From the NCBI GenBank assembly GCA_025603075.1, contig MU626259.1, positions 186,001 through 250,000 on the forward strand: 64,000 bases of DNA, given 5' to 3'. Positions 13,501 to 23,717 of this stretch are shown one piece after another. Both the position numbers and the translations under genes were made by a program. The stretch comes from Neoconidiobolus thromboides FSU 785 (taxonomy: Eukaryota; Fungi; Entomophthoromycota). The notes under the pieces were generated by a model. It ran no database searches, was not told the origin of the DNA, and worked only from the letters and a program-made list of their open reading frames with translations. How positions within the stretch are numbered: position 1 is the first letter of the stretch; each line of letters starts with the position of its first letter.

Positions 13501-14526
13501 AAATAATAATAATAATAAATTAATAATACGACAATGGTTGATTGAAATGGGCTTAATTGATTTATTTTCAAAAGAATCAATTCAACCAATTAAATTTAAT
13601 AATTTAAAAAACTGGCTATTAGAATTGAACCAATTAAATCAGTTTAATTGTAAATTAGTTTTATTTTATTCAAATGACATTGTCTCCTGGGATCATTTAA
13701 TATTGCCTAATTTAGATGCAATACCTACTCATTTTACAAAATTATTAAAAGCATTAGTTAATAAGGTAAATTTAAATTATTAATATTTATTAATATTTAT
13801 TTATTTATTTATTTATTTATTTATCATTTATTTATCTATTGAATTTATTTGTTAAATTTATAGAATGACAATGGACATTATCATTATATTGACGAAACAT
13901 TAAAAATGATAATTGAATGTCCTTATTTAGATAACAGTTTATTAAAACGTACATTTAATCAATTAAAAGTAGAACAAAGAGAAGAAGAATTAATTGAAGA
14001 ATATCAAAAACAAATAATGGATTTTAATGTTTTATTAATTGTTATTGAAGATAGTAAAACGGATATAGAATCCATTTGGAAATATTTGAAACTAAAAGAT
14101 GGCATGTTATTATTTTGTTTTTATCCCTTAGAAAACGGTATGGTTAAAGTAACTACAATGTGTGAAGATAGGAAAGAATATCGAAATAATAACGAGAGAA
14201 TGATGGTAAGTTTTAATTGATACTTTAAATTATTTATAATTTTAGTTTATTTGTATATATAATAACAATAATAATAATATCACGTATAATTAACTTATAT
14301 ATTTATTCTATATTTATTTTAGCTTTACCCCTTAAAAAAAGAACAGAAAATGGAAGGTTATTATATTTTACCTTTAATTTTAGCTACTATTAAGAATTTT
14401 AATGAACAAACCAATTTCTTACAGTTAATTAATCAAAGAAAACAGTTATTTGATCAATTAAACCAATTACAATTGAATGAAACAATGAATTTATCTAATT
14501 ATTTTTTAACTTTATTAAATGAGTAA
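10595..14526 (+). CDS. RALGAPB: Ral GTPase-activating protein beta-subunit-like protein, 3 exons
   Basis: SILKSFPEEVSRKLV, WVQQVLGYGFSLDL..IIESCIMIYSQWLL and LFELWLRS..W..FEECFNHWSHRPNVIQHW..LASRL resemble the RalGAPB N-terminal blocks as I recall them. Introns ~13769-13863 and ~14207-14321 add a degenerate GAP-like C-terminus; stop at 14524-14526. Confidence 0.7.
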
Positions 14527-15015
14527 AGTATATAGTGAGTACAGGCGTAGACGAGTAAAAGGAAGAAGGTGAAGAATGAGTTTTATAAAATGAATAATGA
14601 ACTTTTTTGTTTGTAGGATTTATTTTTTGTTAATAAATATTAATTATTGTTATTGATATGTTACTGGTTGTTTAGTTAGGATCATTAAAATAAAATATAA
14701 ATATTTTAACTATTAAGTCTTAAAAATTAATATTAACCTTGTTAATTAGAATAGAATAATACAGAATTATTGTAATTTGCTTTTAGTATAATTAAATGAT
14801 AAAGGTAGTACAAGTAAATAAGATAAAGAGAAATTTGAAAATTAAGGAAATGGTATAGGTGAAGAAATAAGAAAAATTACATTTATTGAACTGAAAGAAT
14901 TGTTTTATCTATTAAAAAAATAAAGTTTACTTAAATAATTGAATTGAAACTGAACATTTAAATCTAAAATAGTATTTTAAATTCTATTTTGATTTTAAAA
15001 AAAAAATTTAATTAG

Positions 15016-15286
15016 AAAAGTTACATTTCAATGTCTTCATTTGATTTTAATTTATCATAATTTTTTTTTACATTGAACCTATAAATTATAGTCAATATCT
15101 AAGTCTATTGATTCATTTTAAAAGAAATTAATGACAAATTAAAATTTTAATAAAGTGGTACTGTTTTGTTGAGTTTTTTGCAATTGAGATAGACTTCTAG
15201 GATTTTAACTTATTTGTAAAAAAGATGGAATGGAAGTTTTGAAGAATTTTAAAAAGTTACATTTCAATGTCTTCATTTGATTTTAA
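15016..15286 (+). repeat. 35-bp perfect direct repeat (15016-15050 and 15252-15286) within a local duplication
   Basis: aaaagttacatttcaatgtcttcatttgattttaa occurs twice, 236 bp apart; a second imperfect block (tgcaatt...tttaacttatttgtaaaaaa) is also duplicated nearby. Confidence 0.8.
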
Positions 15287-15569
15287 GTTTTTGCTTGCAA
15301 TTAGAAAACTTCTGCAACTTTAACTTATTTGTAAAAAATATGTACTCAAAACTAGATCAGCTGATTTTAGTTAGAGTTAAAAATGGAAATCAATTTTTCC
15401 TTAAACCAATGGTATTTGAATTTAACAAAGTCACTAGAGATAAAATAGTTCATCGGTAAAACCAGATATTAAGACAATAATTGAATAAAAAGTGAATTTA
15501 TTTTTTGCTATTTTTTTATTTATTTCAAATCTTTTTTTTAATACATAGAAAAAGAAATTTAATTGCATC

Positions 15570-17935
15570 ATGTCTTTATTAAAATGGATTGGGGTAAGTA
15601 GGATATTAATTTATTTTTGTTTTTAATATTTAGAAATAATGACAAAGCAACTAATTTAAATTAATATTCAATAGTATCCAGCTTCAAATAAAACGAATAC
15701 AAATAGCGAAAGTATTTTAGATGGGGAGGATAAATATTTTGGTCTAGAGAATGTAAATTAGTTTATAATTTATTAAGAATATATTAACTCATTCTATTTT
15801 ACTTTATTTCATTTCAATTTCATTAACTCGATATAGTTTGGGAATACATGGTAATAAAATAATAAACTATTATAATAAAAAAAACATTAAAGTTATTTTA
15901 TCTTATTTTATTTAGTTATTGTAATTCAGTATTACAAGCATTATATTTTTGTAAACCATTTAGAGAATGTATTAATGCTTTTCCTATCCGCTCCCCTCTT
16001 ATCACTCGAATGGAACAAGTATTATCCGAGATCTCGAATGAAACTTTAGTTGAACCAAGTTTATTAAAAGTTAAAAGGAAAAGTAGTAGTAATATAATAA
16101 TGAAAAATAATGTGAATGGAGGCTTGAATTCTAAACTAAATTTTAATTTCGATGATTATACAACTCATAAAGAGTTAAATATCAATGAAAATTTATTTAC
16201 TAGCTTAAAGGATTTATTTGCTAAAATTGAATGTCAAAATAAACGAATTGGCTCAATTGCTCCTTCTTCTTTCATTGGTCGATTAAAACAAGAAAATGGT
16301 AAATTAAGTTTCTAAACCCTATTTTAAAATATTTTAAAATATTTACAATATTAATTTGAATTTAGAGTTATTTCGTGGTGCTCAACATCAAGATGCTCAT
16401 GAATTTTTAAATTTTACATTAAATCGAATTGCAGAACATGTAGTAGATATGGAAAAAAAAATACAAGAAAATGAAGGTAAAAATAGTTTATCTTTCAAAA
16501 GAATTTTTTAAACTTTTCATTAATAAATTAGATAATAAATCTAACTTAAAAGATAATAAAGAACACGATAGTTGGGTTCAGAAAATATTCGAAGGTAAAC
16601 TAACCAATGAAACTAGATGTTTAACTTGTGATACGGTAATTATTTTGATTATTAAATAATTATAAAATAAAGTAATAAATTAATATTTGTATAATAGATC
16701 ACGTGTAAAGAAGAATCATTTTTAGATTTATCTATTGATATTGAAGAAAATTCTTCCGTTTCAAGTTGTTTAAGACATTTTTCAGCAAATGAAATGTTAT
16801 GTGATCGAAATAAATATTTCTGTGATGTTTGTAATGGTTTACAAGAAGCTGAAAAAAGGTAATTTAGTAGAATTTAAGAATATCAATACAAAGTTTCAAT
16901 ATGGATTTAATTAATTAATTTTTATTTTTTATTAATATTAGAATGAAAATTAAAAAAGTACCTAATGTGTTAGCATTGCATTTAAAACGTTTTAAATATC
17001 AAGAAAAAATTCAAAAATATGCCAAATTATCTTATAGAGTAGTATTTCCAATGGATTTAAGATTATTTAATACAGTATGTTTTTATAAATTGTTATTATT
17101 ATATTAATTTCTATTTTAGACTAATGATTCAGAAGATACAGATCGATTGTATTCTCTTTTTGCTATTGTTGTTCATATTGGAAGGTAAATAATAACATTA
17201 AATCAATTAAAATACAAATAAAATTTTAACATTATTGATTAATTTTAGTGGATTAAATCATGGTCATTATATATCAGTAGTTAAAAGTGGAAATAATTGG
17301 ATTTTATTTGATGATGATACAGTAGAAGTAAGTTTAAATTATATAATAAATATTATTTGTTATTTAAATTATTTACAAATAAAATTATATTAATTATGAT
17401 TTTTTTTAAAATATTTAAATAGAGAATAGATGAAGAAGATATCTCAAAGTTCTTTGGTGATTCGCCAGGCGTTGGTTCTGGCTATGTATTATTTTATGAA
17501 GCCAGTGATTTAAATATGGAATCTTTAGGCTTATCTAATAATATCAATAATAATCCCAATGTGAATCCAATGTCATTAGAATCTTTAGCTTCTTTATCAA
17601 CTACAATTCATGGTAATAATAATGGACGAAATAGTAATCATCCTAATCGAAATAAATATTTACCATCTCCAAGTTACCAACTAAATTCAAGTTCACCCTA
17701 TCCATCATTAAGTAGCTCAAATACAAGTACCTTTCAAATGACATCAACTTCTTCTTCACCACAAAATAGCGCTAATAATTCCACTTCTTGGTTTTCTAAA
17801 GGTAGTAAAAGTATTAAACATAAACCAAGTGAATTGAAATTACCAAAACATGAATTTTATCCCAATTTAAACGATACACCCAAAGACAAAGATACCCCAA
17901 AGTCTTCTGCTGCTGTTATTAGTACTTGGAGGTAA
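15570..17935 (+). CDS. USP46: Ubiquitin C-terminal hydrolase, USP12/USP46/CreB/Ubp9-13 family, multi-exon
   Basis: Spliced Cys box YFGLEN|FGNTC|[50 protein letters not shown], and His box [26 protein letters not shown]; low-complexity Ser/Asn tail. Confidence 0.93.
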
Positions 17936-18373
17936 TATTATTTAAAGTGATGTTAGTCCTTTCTGGTTCTTTAAAATCAATGTGCAAGTGGGTTTTATCT
18001 TTGTCTCTTTTTAAGCGTTTTTTATTAAAGGTTTTTTATATTCATTTTTTTGGAGAGTTTATTCACGAAGTTTGGTTAGTATTAGATATCAAGTATGTTT
18101 TGTTTCTAAAATTGGTAAAATATAGTTGTATATAACTTTATTAAAGTTTCTGACTAATAAGTTAAATTAGTAATAGTTTTGAGTTTATTAATATAATTTA
18201 AAAGTTTCAAGAAAATTAGTTTAATAAGGTTCTAGTAATTTTAAACTGAGTGTATAAAAATAAAGGTGTAATTCTTTAAAACTTTTCACTTAATAGTATT
18301 TATAAATTAGGATAAATAAATGAAATCAAAAAAGACGTTAAAATTTAACTAGTTTAGAAATATCAAATTAGTA

Positions 18374-18474
18374 TTGGCGATGTTTTTTTTAGTTTCATTA
18401 TTTTTCCATTTTTTAAGCACTATTTGAGCAGAAAGATTGTTAGTAAAATTTTTAAACACAAAATACGTCCCCAT
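18374..18474 (+). mobile_element. Family A, copy 3
   Basis: ttggcgatgttttt..aagcactatttgagcagaaagattgttagtaaaat..tacgtccccat. Confidence 0.85.
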
Positions 18475-18594
18475 TAATCATTTTATAAAATAAACAAACA
18501 AAATTATATAAATAGTATTTATTTATTGAATAGTAATAGAAATAATTTAAAAATTTTATAAAAAGAGTGAATAATTATCAAATTTTACAAATAT

Positions 18595-18693
18595 ATGAGG
18601 ATGTTTTTTTGATTTCATTACTCTTTCCATTTTTTAAGCACTATTTGAGTGGAAAGATTGCAGTAAAATTCTTACACAAAAATACATCTTCAT
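18595..18693 (+). mobile_element. Family A, copy 4
   Basis: atgaggatgttttt..aagcactatttgagtggaaagattg..aatacatcttcat. Confidence 0.85.
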
Positions 18694-19039
18694 ATCTTTT
18701 AAATAATTCACTATAAAAAGTAAGTTTAATTTTATTTAATAAATATCCGTTATTAATATATCATTGTAGTTAGATAACCTATTTGACTAAAAGAATTTCA
18801 CTATTTCTATAAAAATATGTATTGATATATTGAAATCAGTTTATAAAAAAGAGCAAAATGTTTGATTTAACTTAAAATATTATTTTATTGTAACATAACA
18901 ATAAGATAATATATTGCTCAATATTGCTAAAATAGGTTATTATTCAATTTTATCCTTATCAATAGATCAATAGTGGTGTTAAATTTATTATTATTTTAGA
19001 ATTAAGTCTTTTACTATTTAATGATTATTTAATAATTAT

Positions 19040-19140
19040 TTGGAGATGTATTTTTTATTTAACAATTTTATTAACAATTTTTCTGTTCAAACAATGTTTG
19101 AAAAATAGAAAGAGTGATGAAAGCAAAAAAATATCCCCAT
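19040..19140 (-). mobile_element. Family A, copy 5 (reverse, diverged)
   Basis: ttggagatgtatttt..ttaacaatttttctgttcaaac..aaaaaatatccccat. Confidence 0.7.
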
Positions 19141-19827
19141 TTAATAGTTCATTACAATGTTTTGTTTTATTTTTAAATAAATTATTAAAAGGCCATTAAT
19201 ATAATCTATGTTAAATAAATCTTTTAACATATTAGGAATATAGTCAAAGACTCAATAAGAGAGTAATGTGAAAGATAGTTCTAGCTAATACTCTATTTAA
19301 TATTTATATAAATGATTTTCTATCCTTAAAGTAATATTTTGATAATAAAAAAAACTAGTTTTTAAGATATGGCTTAAAATGATATTCTAAACTGTAATTT
19401 CAAGTATTGTTTTTATGTATAATTAGAATTAATTTCAATACAATAAAAGTGGATCATATATAACAATCGACATTTTGTAAAATAAAACAAAGTACAATAT
19501 AAGTTACTTCTTTCTAATATGAAAAAGTATAGTAGAAATAGAAAATATATTTTAAAGTCCTTCCTATTCACCTTTTAAAATCATAAACTGTCAAATCTAT
19601 TTATAAATTCAAAAATAAAAAACTGTCAACTAAAAATTCTCTCCCTTAACAAATATTTTGATAGGTTTATCCCTGTAATTTATCAAAGAGAAATCAATAT
19701 GTTGAATAAATACCAATAACATGTGAAGCAGTTAAAATACTAAATTTTGGTTGGTTTATAAAATGTCAACGTAATCTCGAGTAACCATTTAATTGTTAAG
19801 AGGGATGTCAATAGTATAGTGTACGTA

Positions 19828-19921
19828 ATGACATATGTCATCAACTAGCTAAGTTATTGATCCTTAAAGAGTCCTTGTAAACATTTCATCCCTTGAATAT
19901 GCCAAACCAAAGGTATAAATA
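19828..19921 (+). promoter_or_regulatory. Putative promoter of the Gln/Cys-rich gene: 14-bp palindrome plus TATA box
   Basis: ATGACATATGTCAT (19828-19841) is a perfect palindrome, preceded by GTACGTAA; TATAAATA lies about 60 bp upstream of the ATG at 19976. Confidence 0.45.
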
Positions 19922-19975
19922 GGCTCAAATTAGATACATAATAATTATAAATCAAATTTTGAATATTATATAAAA

Positions 19976-20671
19976 ATGTACGGTCTTTTCAATCAAGTCT
20001 CTCCTTTCGGTCAATACCCACAACAAACCACTGGTATGTTTGGTGGTATGAACCAACAATGCCACGGTGATGAAACTCAAGTTGTACGTAATCTTGAACA
20101 AGTCCTTTATCAAATCCTTAACACTTGCCAACAAGAACAATGCCAAGGACAAAACCCAATGGTCTCCCGTCAAGTTACCCAACAACTTGTACAACAATGC
20201 CAACAAGCTCGCCAAATTGCTCACCAAGCTCTCCAAACCGTTCAACAACGTGCTCAACAATGCCAAAACCCAATGGAAAGACAACAATGTCAACAACGTT
20301 TACAACAAATTCATGATCTTGTTAACTGCACTGAACAAAAATGTAACATTGCTCAACAACGTACCATGGTCCAAGACCCATTCCAATGCCAACAAATTGC
20401 TCAACAAATCCAAGAGCTCTGCCAACGTGCTAAGATGCAATGCAACCAAGTTTGCAACCAATGGGGTCAAAACACCTATGGACAATCTCCATTTGGACAA
20501 TCTCCATTTGGACAATCTCCATTTGGACAATCTCCATTCCAAGGTCAAGGTATGTTCGGTCAATCCCCATTCCAAGGTCAAAACATGACTCAAGGTTTAT
20601 TCGGTCAAACTTCCCCATTCCGTTCCACTCAATCCCAATGGAACCAAACCCCAAACCACTACCAATGTTAA
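19976..20671 (+). CDS. Gln/Cys-rich helical protein with GQSPF repeat arms, unknown function (paralog A)
   Basis: Intronless 231-aa ORF, clearly GC-richer than flanks, with strong codon bias (Gln as CAA; I saw no CAG). 13 Cys; homologous to 22406-23149; TATA box upstream. Confidence 0.88.
   Translation: MYGLFNQVSPFGQYPQQTTGMFGGMNQQCHGDETQVVRNLEQVLYQILNTCQQEQCQGQNPMVSRQVTQQLVQQCQQARQIAHQALQTVQQRAQQCQNPMERQQCQQRLQQIHDLVNCTEQKCNIAQQRTMVQDPFQCQQIAQQIQELCQRAKMQCNQVCNQWGQNTYGQSPFGQSPFGQSPFGQSPFQGQGMFGQSPFQGQNMTQGLFGQTSPFRSTQSQWNQTPNHYQC
20480..20539 (+). repeat. Coding tandem repeat, 4 x 15 bp (ggacaatctccatt[t/c]) = GQSPF x4
   Basis: Read directly from the sequence. Confidence 0.95.
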
Positions 20672-21261
20672 ATTTTTAAATAAAATTTTTTGAGGTCTGC
20701 TTAATAGTTATTTTTAAACTTAACAATATTTCTGTAATAAGAGACTTTTCTTTATCTAAAGAATATATATTCCACTTAAACTAATTCAAACAATTGTAGA
20801 TTAATGTTGATATGGGACTTTTAGTAGCTACAACCCATTAAGAATTTCACATTTAACGTGCAAAGTAAGCTTGTATTTTTATTATTTTAAAACCATTATT
20901 AGAAAGTTCATTAAATATAAAGGAATATGTTAAAGTCAATGTTTAATTTCAATTATATGCTGACAGTTATTTTTATCAAAAGAGGGTTTTTAAATTGGTG
21001 ATTCATTTTAAACTGATTTATGAATGATTATAATTAGATAACAAATTTTTCAAAGTATTTATTATACTAAAAGATTAAGTGTTAACAAAAGCAGTTTTAC
21101 TATAAACAAATAATTTAGAAAATCAAAGACAACAAAGGATAGCTTATTAAATCATTATAAACTATTTAATGATATATATCTACAAGCTATGCATAAAAAG
21201 AAAATAGCTAAAAATTTAAAGTTAACTATTAAAGTTATATTATTTTAATACTAATATTAAT

Positions 21262-21367
21262 ATGGAGATGTTTTTTTTTTGGCTTCATCACTTTTTTTTA
21301 CCTTTCAAGCGCTGTTTGAACGGAAAAATTGTTAATAAAATTTTTAAACACAAAAATACATCCCCGT
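21262..21367 (+). mobile_element. Family A, copy 6
   Basis: atggagatgttttt..aagcgctgtttgaacggaaaaattgttaataaaatt..aatacatccccgt. Confidence 0.8.
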
Positions 21368-21517
21368 ATCAATATTTATGTACTTATAGTTAAAAAAAAT
21401 GTCATACTTCTGTTATCAGACGACATTCAAAAAAGTTGTATAACATTTCTCATCACAAATTCGTAGCCTGCGATTGTTTTCATCCTTTCATGTAAAATAA
21501 CTTTTAAAAAATATATA

Positions 21518-21618
21518 TTGGAGGTGTTTTTTTGTTTCACCACTTTTTCTATTTTTTAAACACTATGTAAAAAGGAAAAATTATTAATAAATTTCTTAAA
21601 CAAATACAACATTCCTAT
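21518..21618 (+). mobile_element. Family A, copy 7 (diverged)
   Basis: ttggaggtgtttttt..aaacactatg..ggaaaaattattaataaatttcttaaac..acattcctat. Confidence 0.65.
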
Positions 21619-21643
21619 ATAATATTTTAAAATTGTTTTAAAA

Positions 21644-21840
21644 ATACAGCTATTAAAAAAAATGAAGTGGAAGTTTTAGGAACACTTTCAGCAAAAATGT
21701 TTTAAAAGTGTTTTTTATTTACAAAAGTTTAATACGAATTTAATTAAAGCTGATAACTTTTAGTTTTTGCGTACTTTTTTAAAATATTATTGCTAAAAGT
21801 ACTCCTGAAGCTCCCCACTTCCATTTTTTAATAGCTGTAT
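21644..21840. mobile_element. ~195-bp foldback element (MITE) with ~65-bp TIRs and TA|CAG...CTG|TA ends, Tc1/mariner-like
   Basis: Left arm atacagctattaaaaaaaatgaagtggaagttttaggaacactttcagc aligns with the reverse complement of the right arm (atacagctattaaaaaatggaagtggggagcttcaggagtacttttagc). No coding capacity. Confidence 0.7.
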
Positions 21841-22405
21841 ACAAAACTATCTCTTTTCATGCTGTTAATGTCTTATCTAGAATGCAATATAATAATGATA
21901 TTATTATTAATAAGTTGTATAAAGTAAATAGGTATTGGTACATTGTTAAGTAAGGCAAATCAAGCTTGCATACACTGATATATTATTTTATACTACAATC
22001 AAGATAAAAGTTTAACACGTTTTATTAATTTATTGAACCATTGGATATATAAAATAATCCTTAGTAATAAGATAATAAGATAATGAATAATTGAATAATT
22101 GAATACGTGTTTTTAGATTTCATTAAAAGATCAATCTGATATTGTTCCAATGATATTATTACCAAATAAATGGAACAGTTCACTCAATATTGAATTGAGG
22201 GATATTTATTACTTGGAATATAATAATTAACAGAGATGATCTAAAATAGCTTTTGTTGGTTAAATATTATGCTTATAACCTGAATAATAAAGGGATGATA
22301 ATTTACGTCAGCAATAGCTTATTTGTCTCATTGAAAATTTACAAAAGCTATCCTTAAAAATCAATAATATAAAAACAAAAATAAAGAGATATTTAAGGTA
22401 GTAAA

Positions 22406-23149
22406 ATGTTTGGACAAATTTCCCCAATAAATCTTTTAAATACTCAATCTCCTATTCCACCATTAAACAATAGCTTTAATGAAGTAGCTCCTGTTATCTA
22501 TAATGTTGATCAGATTTTAAATGAAGCTTGTAAAATTACTCAACAAGCAAAAACGTATGGTCCAAATCCATTAGGAAGTGAGCAATTAGTACAGTTATGC
22601 CAAAAGACACGTCAATTGGTACAATTGATTGTACAAAAAATTCAACAACGTTCCCAAATGGCACAAAATCAAATGTTAGATCAAGAAAATCAGAGAAACG
22701 AACAACATGCCTTTGAGCTTGTAAATTTTATTGAGCAAGCTTATAACATTTCCAAAGATGGTAAGCAATTCTTAGCCCCAGATCAATTCATCCAATACAA
22801 TGAAAAACTTCATAACTCTTTACACCGTGCCCAGCACATTCTTCACAAATTCCAGGGTCAAGTAAATTGCTGCTCTACCGATGGTAAAGCTCCTTGTCAA
22901 TTTTCTCAAGTCGCTGGATGTGCCTGCTGTAAAAATTCACCATGTCATTGTACCATAAACTGTGAATGCCATCAATCAAATCACGCTTTTTGTGGTCAAC
23001 CTGCTGCTTTTTGTGGTGCTGGATTAAACCAAGGAGGGATCTTTGGGCAAGTTTCTCCTTTCCAAAATCAAAACTTTACTCAAAGTCCTTTAAGTCAAAA
23101 CTCTCCTTTCAATCCTATCTGGTCTCAAAACTCCCACTTTGGAATCTAA
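22406..23149 (+). CDS. Gln-rich helical protein with metallothionein-like Cys cluster and QSPF tail, unknown function (paralog B)
   Basis: Intronless 247-aa ORF. Helical core aligns with 19976-20671 (NP..QLVQ.CQ..RQ..QQR.Q..QN.M..LVN..EQ..NI). Insert CCSTDGKAPC..GCACCKNSPCHCTINCECH. Confidence 0.85.
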   Translation: MFGQISPINLLNTQSPIPPLNNSFNEVAPVIYNVDQILNEACKITQQAKTYGPNPLGSEQLVQLCQKTRQLVQLIVQKIQQRSQMAQNQMLDQENQRNEQHAFELVNFIEQAYNISKDGKQFLAPDQFIQYNEKLHNSLHRAQHILHKFQGQVNCCSTDGKAPCQFSQVAGCACCKNSPCHCTINCECHQSNHAFCGQPAAFCGAGLNQGGIFGQVSPFQNQNFTQSPLSQNSPFNPIWSQNSHFGI

Positions 23150-23717
23150 TATAAAAAATTATTGATGATACAATTATTTATGATTTTTGTTATTTAGGAG
23201 TTTAACTATTTTTAAAAATAAACTTTGTCTTATATGATTGAAGATTACTATATTGCATAGCTTAGAAAGGTTAGAAATAAAGTAATATGGTTAACTTGAG
23301 TGATTTTAAGTATACTTGATATAGCTTATAACTTCATTTAATCCTAAGTAAACAAGTCATTATTTACTAATGGCGGCGTTAAAGTTCATTTATCAATTAA
23401 AAATATTAGAGCATAATATATTTGATATCATAAATACCAGTATTCAAATGATAATAGATTGGTTTAGCAAATGTATTGACATAATGACTGTATATGTATA
23501 CATTCACTACTTATAAAGTAAAAAATAAAATTAGACTCATCTTTAAATTCATCCATACAGCCTATAGTATACATTCTAATGTTTAAAAAAATTGTTTTAT
23601 AAAATAAACTACATGTAAATGTGATGTTATTGATAATTTTATCTCTAGATTATATTTATTTCTATCGAAAAGGCAAGCAAGACAGCTTTACTACACTGAA
23701 CTCATCCATTTAGTAGT

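Noticed and set aside
13795-13835. (TTTA)n tract in the RALGAPB intron; also (AATTT)n near 34625
   Set aside because: Ordinary microsatellites in AT-rich DNA.
19952-20679. Five overlapping alternative-frame and antisense ORFs over paralog A
   Set aside because: By-products of CAA/AAC-rich biased codons and the 15-bp repeat; no independent coding signal.
18374-21618. Family-A doublets read as TRIM/solo LTRs (TG...CA ends, paired direct repeats)
   Set aside because: Spacers are non-homologous, and I found no PBS/PPT or 4-6-bp TSD; the MITE reading is preferred but not proven.
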